From contig OY762721.1 in NCBI GenBank assembly GCA_963666345.1, positions 416,001 through 480,000 of the forward strand: a stretch of 64,000 nt of DNA, given 5' to 3'. The notes beneath the pieces are model-generated. The model was given only the letters and a program-made list of their open reading frames with translations, ran no database searches and had not been told where the DNA came from. Numbering within the stretch: the first letter of the stretch is position 1; each line of letters begins with the position of its first letter. A program made the translations under genes and the position numbers. The DNA is from Desulfatiglandales bacterium (GTDB lineage: Bacteria > Desulfobacterota > DSM-4660 > Desulfatiglandales > Desulfatiglandaceae). Below, piece after piece: positions 18,295 through 29,995 of this stretch.

Positions 18295-19305
18295 TCAGGA
18301 GCATATGGACAATATTATATTTTCGAGAACAAAATTCGCTCGAAAGCCTGACTTAAGAAGCCCGTCAGCCTGGTAGAGCAGGTGAATAGTGCCCTCAAGA
18401 TCCTCGGCAGTCCAGTTCCTTGATTGCGTGAGGAGTTTTTTTGCGATAAAAGGCTGGATCTTCAGTTTTTTGGCTATGTCCCCTGCCCTTCCACCCCCCT
18501 TAATAATCTCCACTGATCCCATCAGCAAAACCATCTGCCTGTTAATCATGGAAAGGACCCTGCCGAGCGCCCCTTCCTCCCTTTCCTCCTCCAGAAATCT
18601 CCTCAAAGCGGAGAGTGATTCAGCGCAGCGTTTCTCTGATATGCTGTCTATCAATTCAAATATAGTATATATCCTGCTGTAGATGGCACTATCCCTGACC
18701 TGCTTTATACCAACCCCTTGATCAAGAAAAAGCAGGGAGAGCTTTTCAAGCTCCGAGTACAGTTCCATGGATCTGTTTCCCACAACCTGCTGCAGGAGGT
18801 GGCAGGCATCGGGTTCCAGCCTGAAACCCAGTTCCTCGGACCTTTTCATCAGCCAGGGGAATACCTGGTTCTGGGTTATCTCACTGAAATTAACGGAAAG
18901 CCCTTTGTCCCTTATACCCTTGTAGAACCTGTTCCTGAAATCCGCCTTTGACGTCACAAAAAGGAGGCAGGTAGATTCAACCGGATTTTCCATATAGGGT
19001 AAAAAAGCTTCCAGTCTGGAAGCGCTCAACTTATCCGTTCTTCGGAGAATTATGAGCCGGTTTTCAGACATGAAAGGCATGGTCCTGGCAAGATCCAGGA
19101 CCTGAGCGGGCGCGAAATCTCTGTCATCGGCATAGAAAAGGTGGGAATTGAAATCTTTTGTCTCAGGCGGTATAAATTCCTTTCTTATTCTCTCCAGCAC
19201 CCGTTCCCGCCTGAATTCATTTGCCCCGTAAAAGAGATAATATGGGTCAAGGACCCCATTTTTCAATTTCTTCAAGACCTTCTCGGGTGAAAGCTCTGGG
19301 GCCAT
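18295..19305 (-). CDS. holA: DNA polymerase III delta subunit
   Basis: YLFYG, TMPFMSENRL, ELEKL; leuS-lptE-holA synteny. Confidence 0.9.
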   Translation of the reverse strand: MAPELSPEKVLKKLKNGVLDPYYLFYGANEFRRERVLERIRKEFIPPETKDFNSHLFYADDRDFAPAQVLDLARTMPFMSENRLIILRRTDKLSASRLEAFLPYMENPVESTCLLFVTSKADFRNRFYKGIRDKGLSVNFSEITQNQVFPWLMKRSEELGFRLEPDACHLLQQVVGNRSMELYSELEKLSLLFLDQGVGIKQVRDSAIYSRIYTIFELIDSISEKRCAESLSALRRFLEEEREEGALGRVLSMINRQMVLLMGSVEIIKGGGRAGDIAKKLKIQPFIAKKLLTQSRNWTAEDLEGTIHLLYQADGLLKSGFRANFVLENIILSICS

Positions 19306-19883
19306 TAAAATCTTTCCATTGTCTTTGCATATATTTTTCTGGAAAGCTTCCTGGAGATCTCCCGTATCGCCTCTTTCTTTTCATGCATGTTCTGCAGGGG
19401 GTCGGCGCCAACCGCGTAAGAGGCCTTTTCCTCCATCCGGCTGTCACGCCAGATCACCTTTCCGGTTTCCCGCTCAACCAGCTTCATATCAAGAGTGATC
19501 CTGATACGGCGGGAAGAGGTCGTTGCATAGTTTGTTTCAGTGCCCTGGACAATATTTTTTGTGACGTCGTAACTGAGAGCCTCTGTGCTTATCCTGTAAA
19601 CATTCCCCTTAAGCACTGCATATGCTCCGCTTTCGGAGACAAGAGGCACCCTGGAATGCCCTATGAATTCATTTCTCAACTGCCTTGTGAATTCAGACTC
19701 AAAACCAAGCGTTGAGGAACTGCTTGATATCATCGGTATGGCGAGGCTCTGGATCTGGATGCCCACTGGCGTTCCAGCCTCACGGATCTGATACCCGCAC
19801 CCGCTCAACAGAAAGGTCATCAGGACAATCAGGAGGAAAAACCTATTTTTTTGAGTAACAGCACCTTTTCGCATAATAATCAC
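19305..19883 (-). CDS. lptE: LPS assembly lipoprotein LptE
   Basis: Lipobox LSGC-GY; position between leuS and holA. Confidence 0.85.
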   Translation of the reverse strand: MIIMRKGAVTQKNRFFLLIVLMTFLLSGCGYQIREAGTPVGIQIQSLAIPMISSSSSTLGFESEFTRQLRNEFIGHSRVPLVSESGAYAVLKGNVYRISTEALSYDVTKNIVQGTETNYATTSSRRIRITLDMKLVERETGKVIWRDSRMEEKASYAVGADPLQNMHEKKEAIREISRKLSRKIYAKTMERF

Positions 19884-22456
19884 ACCACGACGTTTACAAG
19901 TTTATTTTTTATAACTATCACCTTTTTCACAGGCTTTCCATTCACAAACGACTGAACCCTTTCGTCCTTAAGCGCCTTCGCCTCAAGTTCCTTCCCGCTG
20001 CAGGATGCAGGGACCTCTATCCTGTTTCTCACCTTTCCATTTACCTGAAGAACTACGAGCACCTTCTGTACCTCAAGGGCTTCTTCCTTGAAACAGGGCC
20101 AAGCTTTATCGATAAGCCGTTCTTCTTTCCCCATCCGCTCCCACAGCTCTTCCGCGATATGGGGGACAACAGGTGAAAGCAGAACTATGGTTGCCTCTAT
20201 GGCCTCTTTCAGCACGCCCGGCGCCTGGGCTTCTTTTTCACGGCCTCCCTTAATAAAATGATTTATATCATTTACCAATTCCATTACGGCAGCTATCGCA
20301 GTATTGAAATGAAAGCGATTCTCTATATCCTCCGTGACCTTTTTCACGGTCTGATGCGTCTTTCTGTGAAGAGCAAGCAAGGGTTCGGAAAGGGATGCCG
20401 TATCAACCGCCCCTGATTCCCCGTTAAGGTCCTCCAGATTATCGGCGACCAGCCTCCACATCCGGTTCAGGAACCTGTAGGAGCCCTCCACTCCCTGATC
20501 GCTCCACTCAAGACCCCTTTCGGGAGGAGAGGCAAAAAGGCAGAACATCCTCACCGTATCGGCCCCATACCTGTCGATGAGCGTCTGAGGATCCACCACG
20601 TTTTTCTTCGACTTGGACATCTTTACGGTATTGCCAGTTATTACCTCACTGCCGCATATGCTGCATCTGTCATCCTTCACCTCGGTCGGGTATAGATAGC
20701 CGTGGGTCGGGCATTCCTGGGTTTCCTTACAGACCATCCCCTGGGTAAGAAGATTCTTAAACGGTTCTTTTATCCGGAGGTATCCGAAATCCTCCAGCAC
20801 CCTCGTGTAAAATCTCGAATAGAGGAGGTGCAGGATCGCGTGTTCGATTCCACCTATATACTGGTCAACCGGCAACCAGTAATCGACTTTCTCAGGATCC
20901 AGAGGTCCCTTGTCATATCCGGGGCATGCATATCTGTCAAAGTACCAGGATGACTCCACGAATGTATCCATTGTATCTGTCTCCCGCCTGGCCTTTCCGC
21001 CGCACAGGGGGCATTTCACCTCATAGAAGGATGGCTCAAAAGGCAGGGGGGATCCCCCGTTAGGCCTCATATCCAGATCAAGAGGCAGTACAACCGGCAG
21101 ATCCTCTTCAGGAACGGGAACAGTTCCGCATTTTTCGCAGTAAAGTATCGGTATGGGAGCGCCCCAGTAGCGCTGCCTTGAGATCCCCCAATCCCTGATT
21201 CTGTAATTTATCGTCTTGTGGCCCATTCCTTTTTCCTGGAGATAATCGGCGATGCTGTCCAGCGCCTCAAGATTTCTTTTTCCGTTAAACGGGCCTGAGT
21301 TTACGAGGATTCCCTCATCAACATACGCCTCTGTCATTGTCTCCGGATCCAGTTGATGATCAGGCGGACTTATCACCACCTTCAACTTAAGGCCGTATTT
21401 CCTGGCAAAATCAAAATCCCTCTGATCATGAGTGGGAACCGCCATAATGGCACCGGTGCCATAGTCAAACAAAACGAAATTGGCGACATATATAGGGATT
21501 TCATCCCCTGTAACAGGATTGATGCAGTATCTTCCCGTAAAGACCCCTTCCTTGACCGTATAGTCCGCGGTCCTCATGTAGCTGTCCATCTTAAGTGTGC
21601 GATCAATGAATTCAAGCACATCATTTTCTTCGGGCAGACCCTTGACCATCTCCTTGACCATCGGATGTTCAGGGGCGAAACAGAGGAAGGTGGCGCCGTA
21701 AATCGTGTCCTGCCTTGTGGTAAACACCTCTATGATCTCTCCTGAACCTGCCAGCGGAAAACAAAGAATCGCGCCATAACTCTTCCCGATCCAGTTTTTC
21801 TGCATGGTAAGTACGCTTTCAGGCCATCCGGGAAGTTTTTCACAATATTCCAGGATCTCTTCCGCATAATCGGTTATCTTGAGAAACCAGCTGTCCATCT
21901 CCTTTATCTTAACTTCCTGGTCGGTATGCCGCCAGCAGCAACCGTTTTCCACCTGCTCGTTTGCCAGCACACTCTGGCATTTCTCACACCAGTTGACAAA
22001 GGTCCTCTTCTTATATGCGATTCCTTTTTCAAACATCTTAAGGAAGACAAGCTGCTCCCATCGATAATATTCAGGATCGCAGGTCGCCAGTTCACGATTC
22101 CAGTCATAGCTGAATCCCATCCTCTTCAGTTGGGTCTTCATTGCATTGATGTTATCGTATGTCCAGCGTGCTGGATGTGTATTGTTTTCTATGGCCGCAT
22201 TTTCCGCAGGCATGCCAAAGGCATCCCAACCCATCGGATGAAGCACGTTCATGCCCTGCATACGCTTGTACCTGGCAACCACATCGCCTATGGTATAGTT
22301 TCTCACATGCCCCATGTGGATCTTGCCTGAAGGATATGGGAACATCTCGAGCAGGTAATATTTCTCCCTGTCTTTATCTTCAGTGACCTTGAAGGCCTCC
22401 TCTTTCTCCCATGTGGATTGCCATTTTATTTCTATTTCCCGCGGATCGTATCGCAT
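19880..22456 (-). CDS. leuS: Leucine--tRNA ligase
   Basis: [25 protein letters not shown]. Confidence 0.99.
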   Translation of the reverse strand: MRYDPREIEIKWQSTWEKEEAFKVTEDKDREKYYLLEMFPYPSGKIHMGHVRNYTIGDVVARYKRMQGMNVLHPMGWDAFGMPAENAAIENNTHPARWTYDNINAMKTQLKRMGFSYDWNRELATCDPEYYRWEQLVFLKMFEKGIAYKKRTFVNWCEKCQSVLANEQVENGCCWRHTDQEVKIKEMDSWFLKITDYAEEILEYCEKLPGWPESVLTMQKNWIGKSYGAILCFPLAGSGEIIEVFTTRQDTIYGATFLCFAPEHPMVKEMVKGLPEENDVLEFIDRTLKMDSYMRTADYTVKEGVFTGRYCINPVTGDEIPIYVANFVLFDYGTGAIMAVPTHDQRDFDFARKYGLKLKVVISPPDHQLDPETMTEAYVDEGILVNSGPFNGKRNLEALDSIADYLQEKGMGHKTINYRIRDWGISRQRYWGAPIPILYCEKCGTVPVPEEDLPVVLPLDLDMRPNGGSPLPFEPSFYEVKCPLCGGKARRETDTMDTFVESSWYFDRYACPGYDKGPLDPEKVDYWLPVDQYIGGIEHAILHLLYSRFYTRVLEDFGYLRIKEPFKNLLTQGMVCKETQECPTHGYLYPTEVKDDRCSICGSEVITGNTVKMSKSKKNVVDPQTLIDRYGADTVRMFCLFASPPERGLEWSDQGVEGSYRFLNRMWRLVADNLEDLNGESGAVDTASLSEPLLALHRKTHQTVKKVTEDIENRFHFNTAIAAVMELVNDINHFIKGGREKEAQAPGVLKEAIEATIVLLSPVVPHIAEELWERMGKEERLIDKAWPCFKEEALEVQKVLVVLQVNGKVRNRIEVPASCSGKELEAKALKDERVQSFVNGKPVKKVIVIKNKLVNVVV

Positions 22457-22483
22457 GATAGGATGTTCCTTCCCTGAATTTCC

Positions 22484-22930
22484 CTATTCTACAGAGCCTT
22501 TGACACCTTCATCAAAGCGCCCTTCATTTAACAGTCTGTTGAACACGTTGTCCAATACTCCGTTTATAAAGGCCGCGGAATCTTCTCCACCGAAGCCCTT
22601 TCCCAGTTCAACCGCCTCATCTATGGAGACCTTCGGAGGTATATCATCCATGTACAGCATCTCCATTACGGCAAGTCGCAATATGCTCCTGTCAAGGACA
22701 GGCATCCTCTCAATACGCCAGTTCTTGGATGCCTTTCCTATGTGGCTGTCCAGTTCACCCTTTTTTTCCCACACACCCTTAACCATCTGTCTGGCGTAAG
22801 CCATCGAAGACTTGGGTGCTTCAAAGTTGTTGCAAACCAGTTCAAAGGCCTCATCGGCATCCCCGTCACTGAAGCTGAGATGGAAAAGGACCTTTATGCA
22901 TAATTCCCGAGCTTTTCGTCTTGAACCCAT
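22484..22930 (-). CDS. nusB: Transcription antitermination factor NusB
   Basis: RRKARE, DRSILR, IDEAVEL, FINGVLD. Confidence 0.97.
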   Translation of the reverse strand: MGSRRKARELCIKVLFHLSFSDGDADEAFELVCNNFEAPKSSMAYARQMVKGVWEKKGELDSHIGKASKNWRIERMPVLDRSILRLAVMEMLYMDDIPPKVSIDEAVELGKGFGGEDSAAFINGVLDNVFNRLLNEGRFDEGVKGSVE

Positions 22931-22933
22931 TTT

Positions 22934-23105
22934 TGACGGACCCGTAAAAGTCAAAATTTAGACGTAACAGTAAAAAACTCCAAATACAAGGCCTGCCGCT
23001 TCAGGAAATCATCCCCGAGCCTCTCAAGAGGGGCAGGCATAGCTACTCGGCTTGACTCAGGACAGTAAACCCGGCGAACGGCACTTGGATTTTTTACGAC
23101 GCTGA
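22934..23105. repeat. Degenerate MITE-like interspersed element, copy 1
   Basis: Left ~60 bp align with the left end of the 23819-23971 element; right end GGATTTTTTACGACGCTGA resembles GGACTTTTTACGAAGCCGTCA. Confidence 0.55.
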
Positions 23106-23125
23106 TTTTTAAAGGCAAAATCTTT

Positions 23126-23150
23126 CTATAAGGCCTCAGAGGCCTTATAG
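23126..23150. terminator. Perfect 11-bp hairpin downstream of ribH (terminator or stabiliser)
   Basis: CTATAAGGCCT-CAG-AGGCCTTATAG. Confidence 0.45.
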
Positions 23151-23225
23151 GAATAAAAACAGGGCCGCTCCCATTTTATTAATATACCGGTGATGTATTA
23201 TCCGGGCCTGTGTTGAGAAACCATA

Positions 23226-23693
23226 TCAACCTAATTCCTTGAAAAGATTGGCCATCTCCATAGCGGCCATGGCAGCTTCATAGCCCTTGTTTCCCGATTT
23301 AGATCCGGCCCTTTCAATGGCCTGCTCGATATTTTCAGTCGTAATCACACCAAATATTATAGGCAGATTCGTCTCAAGGGAAACATTTGCGATACCTTTG
23401 GACACCTCCGCCGCCACATAATCGAAATGAGGCGTGGCACCTCTTATGACCGCTCCAAGACAGATTACCGCATCGTAATCGCCTGTAAGGGCAATTTTCT
23501 TTGCGGCCAGAGGCAATTCAAATGCCCCGGGAACCTTTACGACCGGTATCGTATCTTCCTTTGCGCCATGCCTCTTTAAGGCATCCAGGGCACCATCGAC
23601 CAGTCTTGAACATATGAAATCGTTAAAACGGCTGACTACCAGGGCAAACCTCATTCCTTCAGCAGACAGCCGCCCCTCCATTATCTTGGCCAT
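23226..23693 (-). CDS. ribH: Lumazine synthase
   Basis: [23 protein letters not shown]. Confidence 0.98.
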   Translation of the reverse strand: MAKIMEGRLSAEGMRFALVVSRFNDFICSRLVDGALDALKRHGAKEDTIPVVKVPGAFELPLAAKKIALTGDYDAVICLGAVIRGATPHFDYVAAEVSKGIANVSLETNLPIIFGVITTENIEQAIERAGSKSGNKGYEAAMAAMEMANLFKELG

Positions 23694-23818
23694 GACATTC
23701 CCCCGCAATTAAAAGTTTTAGTTTATCTATATCGTTTAACTTATCTTATTATAAAGTCTTATCTTCACCTAGGCATTGCATCAAGAGCCCTTTTTTGATC
23801 CGCCCCGTAAGGCACTAT

Positions 23819-23971
23819 TTATGCATTCGCAAAAAGTCAAAATTCAGACGGCACAGTAGAAAGTTCAAATGCAAGGCTTGCGAATCTTGAGGAATGAGGC
23901 GTACTTAAAGTACGTCGCAATGACGAAAGATGAAGCATAACGCAGCAGTTGGACTTTTTACGAAGCCGTCA
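23819..23971. repeat. MITE-like interspersed element, copy 2
   Basis: Imperfect terminal inverted repeats (TTCGCAAAAAGTC / GACTTTTTACGAA), internal hairpin CGTAC-TTAAA-GTACG; abuts the ribBA stop codon. Confidence 0.6.
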
Positions 23972-25183
23972 CTATTTGCCGTTGATGTTTTTCATAAGGT
24001 GCCCCAGTTTTTCACACTTGGTCGTGAGGTACCTGAGATTTTCAGGCCTTGGTTCACATTCTATGGGCACTCGATCCTTTACCTCAAGACCGTAACCCTC
24101 CAGGCCGATCATCTTTTTAGGGTTATTGGTCATGAGCCTCATCTTTCTAACACCCAGTTCAACCAGAATCTGGGCGCCGACACCGTAATCCCTGAGGTCT
24201 GCGGCAAATCCGAGTTCCTCATTCGCCTCAACCGTATCGAAACCCTGGTCCTGCAGCCTGTATGCCTTGAGTTTGTTGGCCAGTCCTATGCCTCGTCCTT
24301 CCTGCTGAAGATATAGTATGACTCCCAGCCCCTCTTCCTGAACCATTGCCATCGCCTTTTTGAGCTGTTCCCCACAGTCGCAGCGATATGAGCCGAAGAC
24401 ATCACCCGTAAGGCACTCCGAATGGACCCTCACAAGCACATCCTTATCAGGGGTAATATCACCCTTTACCAGCGCAAGATGCTCATAATCGTCGATATCG
24501 TTTACAAAGGCAACCGCCTTGAACTCACCGAATGGAGTAGGCAAAACCGTTTCAGCGGCCGAATGTACAAAAGACTCGGTCCTCATCCTGTAGGCGATAA
24601 CATCGGCAACCGAGGCGATCTTAATGCCATGCTTTTCTGAGAACTCTTCCAGGTCGGGAAGCCTGGCCATGGTTCCGTCATCTTTCATTATTTCGCAGAT
24701 TACAGCGGCCCCCCTGCAACCGGCCAACCTTGCCAGATCCACCGATCCCTCTGTCTGGCCTGTTCTGAAAAGAACACCCCCCCTTCTTGCCCTAAGGGGA
24801 AATACGTGACCCGGCTGGACAAGGTCGTCAGGTTTTGCATCCTCCGCTACTGCCGTCAAAACCGTTCGGGCCCTGTCCGCGGCAGATATTCCCGTGGTAA
24901 CGCCACAACGGGCCTCGATTGATTTTGTAAAGGCGGTATTGTAGGGAGACTTGTTTTCATAGACCATCTGGCTCAATTTTAACTGCTCCACTATTTCCGG
25001 ATCCAGGGCCAGGCAGATGAGGCCCCGGCCGTATCTGGCCATAAAATTGATCGCCTCCGGGGTTATCTTTTCCGCTGCCATGGTGAGGTCTCCCTCATTT
25101 TCCCTGTCCTCGTCATCCACAAGGATTATCATCTTACCCTGTCTTAAATCCTCAATTACCTCTTTAATATCTGATATAGACAT
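23972..25183 (-). CDS. ribBA: Bifunctional DHBP synthase / GTP cyclohydrolase II
   Basis: [37 protein letters not shown]. Confidence 0.98.
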   Translation of the reverse strand: MSISDIKEVIEDLRQGKMIILVDDEDRENEGDLTMAAEKITPEAINFMARYGRGLICLALDPEIVEQLKLSQMVYENKSPYNTAFTKSIEARCGVTTGISAADRARTVLTAVAEDAKPDDLVQPGHVFPLRARRGGVLFRTGQTEGSVDLARLAGCRGAAVICEIMKDDGTMARLPDLEEFSEKHGIKIASVADVIAYRMRTESFVHSAAETVLPTPFGEFKAVAFVNDIDDYEHLALVKGDITPDKDVLVRVHSECLTGDVFGSYRCDCGEQLKKAMAMVQEEGLGVILYLQQEGRGIGLANKLKAYRLQDQGFDTVEANEELGFAADLRDYGVGAQILVELGVRKMRLMTNNPKKMIGLEGYGLEVKDRVPIECEPRPENLRYLTTKCEKLGHLMKNINGK

Positions 25184-25184
25184 A

Positions 25185-25847
25185 TTATTCACCAAATCCA
25201 TGTTTTGTTAACATCTCAAGGTCGATGGAAGAGCCCCTTTTTTCTTCCTCCCCGGAACTCCGCCCCTTGAATAATTTCTCCACATACTTTCCAATAATAT
25301 CGGTCTCGATGTTTACATTTTCTCCGACACCTTTGTTCAGGAGACAGGTATCCTTTCCGGTCTGAGGAATTATGTTCACCTCAAAGGCCCCCTGTCCACA
25401 CTCATTAACCGTAAGGCTTATTCCATCAACGGCGATAGAGCCCTTTGTTATTATGTAGCGTGAAAGTGTCTGATCGATGCCTATTCTGATCACCCAGGAG
25501 TTCTGTCTGTTCTCCTTCTTTTCTATTCTGCCGGTCCCATCTATGTGTCCTGAGACGATATGCCCCCCCAGGCGATCGGAAAGCCGCAGAGCCCTTTCAA
25601 GATTCACATGGTCACCGTTACGCCTCAAACCAAGGGTGGTAAGGGAAACGGTCTCCTGAGACGCGTCCATTGAAAAACTTTTCCCGGTCACACCGGTCAC
25701 GGTCAGGCATACACCGTCGACAGAAATACTGTCTCCGATCCCGCACCCCGATATATCAAAGGAGGGCTCTATCGTAAGCCTTATCTCTCCTGCCCTGCGA
25801 TCAATTGACCTTATCTTTCCTCTTCCCTCAACAAGTCCTGTGAACAT
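25185..25847 (-). CDS. ribE: Riboflavin synthase (alpha)
   Basis: MFTG, GDSISVDGVCLT, VNLE, GGH.VSGH. Confidence 0.97.
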   Translation of the reverse strand: MFTGLVEGRGKIRSIDRRAGEIRLTIEPSFDISGCGIGDSISVDGVCLTVTGVTGKSFSMDASQETVSLTTLGLRRNGDHVNLERALRLSDRLGGHIVSGHIDGTGRIEKKENRQNSWVIRIGIDQTLSRYIITKGSIAVDGISLTVNECGQGAFEVNIIPQTGKDTCLLNKGVGENVNIETDIIGKYVEKLFKGRSSGEEEKRGSSIDLEMLTKHGFGE

Positions 25848-26050
25848 AGGTTCAAACACCTCTTTGCCGGGACATTTTTTGACCGGAGCCGGAAAAGCAC
25901 CTTGCTATCCAGACCATAGAACCCCGGTTTTGTTTATTCAAAAACACACCTGCCCATTCTCCCGTACCGCTGACTGCAGGCCTGCAAGCGGAGGTGCCGT
26001 AGCGCCTGTACTCTAAATTTCAGAGTTTATATCTCTTCCTGACACGGCTC

Positions 26051-27181
26051 TTAATTTATACGGTCGACCGGAGGATACACGGGATATCCGACAGTTAGAA
26101 GATCTTCTCCAAAATGTCTGATCGAAATATCTCTCAGTTGCACACACCTGTCCATCCTCAAGGCGCCATGTCCATGGGCCATTGGAATACCGTCATTACC
26201 CCCCAGCAGTTTAGGGGATCTGAAGACATAGAATTTGTCAGCCAAGCACTCCCTCATTATGGAACCTATCACTTTTGAGCCTCCTTCCACAAGGATACTC
26301 ATAATGTCCATTTTTGCCAGCGTTTCCATCAACCAGGGGATATCGAGTCCGGCTTCTCTCTCCGGGCACCTAATGATCCTGGCCCCTTTATCTTCATACA
26401 CCTTAACCCTGTCACCCGCAATACCCGAACCAACGGCTATTATGTTTTCAGCCTTTGAATTCTGATTGAGGAGTCTGCTGTTGAGAGGAGTTCTCAGGCG
26501 GGTGTCAAGTACAATGCGGATCGGGTCTTTTCCAGCCTTCCTGCGGCATGTAAGCATTGGATCATCCGCTATCACGGTCCCCACTCCTACCATGACCGCA
26601 TCGGATCGATCTCTTAGGAGGTGGACAAAACTCCGCGATTTTTCATTGGTGATCCACTTGGAGTGACCTGTGGATGAACCTGCCCATCCATCAAGAGTAA
26701 GGGCCGACTTTACCGTTATAAAAGGCCTGCCTTCAGTTGAATGTCCGATGAAGGCCTCTATGAGCTCTTTACATTCCGGCTCCAGTACCCCTGTTACGAC
26801 CTCGACCCCCCTGCCGCTGAGATAATCACAACCACCGCCGTCCACATTTGGATTCATATCCCTTGCGCCCACCACGACGCGCACGATTCCGGCCCTCACA
26901 ATAGCCTTGGTGCAGGGAGGGGTTTTGCCATAGTGATTACAAGGTTCAAGGGTCACATAGAGGGTAGCGCCCCTCGCATTTTCCGAAACCTTGTTGAGAG
27001 CCTCAATTTCAGCGTGCGGCATACCCGATTTTCGATGGTAACCCGAGGCGATTATCCTGTCATCCCTGACGATTACCGCCCCGACAGGCGGATTGGGGGA
27101 GGTTCGCCCCAGCCCGTTTCGCGCCTGTCTCAACGCCGCCCGCATAAATCTTCTATCTCTATCTTTTAAAACCTGAGACAT
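26051..27181 (-). CDS. ribD: Bifunctional riboflavin deaminase/reductase RibD
   Basis: PNPPVGAV, HAE, TLEPCNHYGKTPPC, VEGG; start uncertain. Confidence 0.97.
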   Translation of the reverse strand: MSQVLKDRDRRFMRAALRQARNGLGRTSPNPPVGAVIVRDDRIIASGYHRKSGMPHAEIEALNKVSENARGATLYVTLEPCNHYGKTPPCTKAIVRAGIVRVVVGARDMNPNVDGGGCDYLSGRGVEVVTGVLEPECKELIEAFIGHSTEGRPFITVKSALTLDGWAGSSTGHSKWITNEKSRSFVHLLRDRSDAVMVGVGTVIADDPMLTCRRKAGKDPIRIVLDTRLRTPLNSRLLNQNSKAENIIAVGSGIAGDRVKVYEDKGARIIRCPEREAGLDIPWLMETLAKMDIMSILVEGGSKVIGSIMRECLADKFYVFRSPKLLGGNDGIPMAHGHGALRMDRCVQLRDISIRHFGEDLLTVGYPVYPPVDRIN

Positions 27182-27222
27182 GCCCTTCCACTGGAATAAA
27201 CATGGGATGTCAAAAGGGGACA

Positions 27223-27690
27223 TCAACCCTTTTCATTCTTGGTCTCTAGTATATCCTGAAGCTCCGCCATGAATTCATTTATATCCCTGAATTGCCTGTA
27301 AACAGATGCGAACCTCACATAGGCCACTTCATCCCATTCCTTGAGAATGCTTATTACCCGTTCGCCGATCTCGGAACTATCGATTTCTTTCTTTCCAAGC
27401 TCCTGGAAAAAGACCTCGAGAGAATCCACAAACTCGTCGATAGTGGTCATACTCACAGACCTTTTTCTACAGGCAAGCCGGATTCCCTTGGTGATTTTTT
27501 CCCTGTCGAACGGCTCCCTCCTTCCATCCTTTTTGACCACCATGGGAAGAAGCTCTTCCAGCTTCTCGTAGGTAGTGAATCTCCTTCCGCACTCCAGGCA
27601 TTCCCTGCGCCTTCTAATGGATCTGCCATCTTTTCCGAGTCGGGAATCTATCACCTTATTGTTTATCTTTGTGCAATAGGGGCATTTCAC
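27223..27690 (-). CDS. nrdR: Transcriptional repressor NrdR
   Basis: [28 protein letters not shown]. Confidence 0.98.
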   Translation of the reverse strand: MKCPYCTKINNKVIDSRLGKDGRSIRRRRECLECGRRFTTYEKLEELLPMVVKKDGRREPFDREKITKGIRLACRKRSVSMTTIDEFVDSLEVFFQELGKKEIDSSEIGERVISILKEWDEVAYVRFASVYRQFRDINEFMAELQDILETKNEKG

Positions 27691-28133
27691 GATTCGAACC
27701 TCTCAATCTCTATTCCTGCCTCCAGAAGCATACCGTCGGCCAAGGAGTCATTATATCCATCTTCAAAAACGACCCTGTTAATACCCGCATTTATTATCAT
27801 CTTTGAGCATATTACACATGGTTTGTTTGTACAATAAAGGGTCGATCCGGAGATGGAAATGCCGTGGTAGGCCGCCTGAATAATAGCGTTCTGCTCTGCG
27901 TGAAGGCCCCGGCACAGTTCATGCCTCTCCCCGGACGGAATTCCCGCGTCTTTTCGAAGGCACCCCACCTCCTCGCAATGCCTCAAGCCTGAGGGAGCGC
28001 CGTTGTACCCGGTTGCAAGGATTCTTTTGTCCTTTACGATAATAGCTCCTACCTGACGTCTCAGACAGGTAGATCTTCTGGCCACCATCTTGGTAATGGC
28101 CATGAAGTATTCAGGCCAGGAAGGTCTTGCCAC
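27687..28133 (-). CDS. dCMP deaminase / ComEB family
   Basis: RPSW..YF, TGYNG, HAEQN, PCxxC. Confidence 0.93.
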   Translation of the reverse strand: MARPSWPEYFMAITKMVARRSTCLRRQVGAIIVKDKRILATGYNGAPSGLRHCEEVGCLRKDAGIPSGERHELCRGLHAEQNAIIQAAYHGISISGSTLYCTNKPCVICSKMIINAGINRVVFEDGYNDSLADGMLLEAGIEIERFES

Positions 28134-29396
28134 TTAATTACCCTCTCCCATTTGTCCGTATACGGGAAAACTGCTGCAGAGTTCGGACACCTTTTGCTTC
28201 ACATGTGATATTACCGTTTCGGAATCCGGATTTGACAGTGCATCCCTTATGAGGCCCGCGATAAGCCTCATTTCCCCTTCCAGCATTCCCCTTGTTGTAA
28301 GTGCCGGGGTACCCAGTCTGAGTCCGCTTGTTATCTTGGGACCATTTTTATCAAAGGGCACCGAATTTTTGTTTGCGGCTATACCGGCCATTGCCAGCGT
28401 GTTTTCAGCCTTTTGTCCGGTGATACCCCTGGAGCTCAGATCGAGCAAAAGAAGATGCGTATCGGTTCCTCCCGAAACTATATCAAAGCCGTAACCCTTC
28501 AGTTCATCGGCAAGGGTCCCGGCATTTTTCACGACCTGCTTCTGGTATTCGGTGAATTGCGGTCTGAGCGCCTCTCCGAAGGCAACCGCCTTGGCCGCGA
28601 TTATATGCATAAGAGGGCCGCCCTGTATACCCGGAAAGACCCCTTTTGCAATCCTGGGGCCTAATTCCTCCCCGCACAGGATAAGCCCGCCTCTGGGGCC
28701 TCTAAGCGTCTTATGGGTGGAGGAGGTGACAAAATCCGCCAATCCTACCGGTGACGGATGCAGTCCGGTGGCAACAAGGCCCGCTATGTGGGCCATGTCC
28801 GCCATCAGGTAGGAACCTGTTTCCCTGGCTATATCCTTGAATGCGTGAAAATCGATAATCCTTGAATAGGCACTCGCACCAGCGATTATCATTTTGGGTC
28901 TGTGTTCTTTAGCCAGCTCCCTGACCTGATTATAATCGATTCGTTGCGAATCCTTATCCACACCGTAGGACACGGATCTGAATATCTTGCCTGAAAAGCT
29001 TACAGAACTTCCATGTGTCAGATGCCCTCCCTGGGAAAGCTCCATTCCCAAAATGGTGTCACCCGGATTCAGCATGCTCATGTATACGGCCATGTTTGCC
29101 TGGGAACCGGAGTGCGGCTGGACATTCACATATTCCGAGTTGAAAAGTCTCTTGCCACGCTCTGAGGCAAGTCTTTCCACCTTGTCTACGAATTCACAGC
29201 CCCCGTAGTACCTTGCGCCGGGGTAACCCTCCGCGTATTTATTGGTCATTACATTGGCCTGTGCCTCAATAACCGCAGGGCTGGCATAGTTCTCAGAGGC
29301 AATCATGATCAGATTGGCCTGTTCCCTTCGCACCTCGTCCTGAATCGCGGCAAATACTTCCGGATCCAGGGTCTCTAAACTCTTGTCTTTGGACAT
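28134..29396 (-). CDS. glyA: Serine hydroxymethyltransferase
   Basis: [31 protein letters not shown]. Confidence 0.98.
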   Translation of the reverse strand: MSKDKSLETLDPEVFAAIQDEVRREQANLIMIASENYASPAVIEAQANVMTNKYAEGYPGARYYGGCEFVDKVERLASERGKRLFNSEYVNVQPHSGSQANMAVYMSMLNPGDTILGMELSQGGHLTHGSSVSFSGKIFRSVSYGVDKDSQRIDYNQVRELAKEHRPKMIIAGASAYSRIIDFHAFKDIARETGSYLMADMAHIAGLVATGLHPSPVGLADFVTSSTHKTLRGPRGGLILCGEELGPRIAKGVFPGIQGGPLMHIIAAKAVAFGEALRPQFTEYQKQVVKNAGTLADELKGYGFDIVSGGTDTHLLLLDLSSRGITGQKAENTLAMAGIAANKNSVPFDKNGPKITSGLRLGTPALTTRGMLEGEMRLIAGLIRDALSNPDSETVISHVKQKVSELCSSFPVYGQMGEGN

Positions 29397-29403
29397 AACA
29401 CCC

Positions 29404-29832
29404 TCAATCAATTTTAATAATTCTTTTCTGATGACGACCGCCTTCGAAGGGAGTTTCAAGAAATACGTCAAGAATCTCTATTGCAAGTCCGGAACCGAGG
29501 ACCCTTTCACCCATGGCAAGTATATTCGCGTCATTGTGTAAACGGCTCATCCTTGCTGCATAGGAATTGTAACATAAGGCCGCCCTTATATTTCTGTGCC
29601 TGTTAGCGGTCATGCTCATCCCGAGTCCGGTTCCGCAGATCAAGATGCCCCTGTCGAACTCGCCCGACTCGACGGCCTTTGCCACCGCATGCGCTATATC
29701 AGGGTAATCTGCGGATTTCTTATCGTGCACCCCGGCATCTTTTACAGTATGCGGGGTTTTTTCCTCAAGATACTTCCTGCATATCATCTTCAAGTCGAAA
29801 CCGGCATGGTCGGAACCCAAGATTATATCCAT
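29404..29832 (-). CDS. rpiB: Ribose-5-phosphate isomerase B
   Basis: GSDHAG, CGTGLG, HNDAN, FEGGRH. Confidence 0.97.
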   Translation of the reverse strand: MDIILGSDHAGFDLKMICRKYLEEKTPHTVKDAGVHDKKSADYPDIAHAVAKAVESGEFDRGILICGTGLGMSMTANRHRNIRAALCYNSYAARMSRLHNDANILAMGERVLGSGLAIEILDVFLETPFEGGRHQKRIIKID

Positions 29833-29995
29833 AAATGGAACCCCTTTCCTGGTAGAGGAGGGCAAAACAGCCCTGTGTTAAAGAAATGAAGCAGACAGGC
29901 TGAACTCCCTGAAAGGCTGGAGCGCTTGACTCGGCGTCTTCCAGGGTAGATCAAAAAGGGAGGAACTTTGCTGACTTATTGTCTCAATCCAAAAA

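Noticed and set aside
23930..24316. 128-aa plus-strand ORF starting MKHNAAVGLFTKPS
   Set aside because: Starts inside the MITE-like repeat and runs antisense to ribBA
25900..25950. Minus-strand TGA followed by CTAT-GGTCTGG-ATAG between ribD and ribE (third SECIS?)
   Set aside because: Spacing is off by one nt, the stem is weak, and the frame is short with no credible start codon
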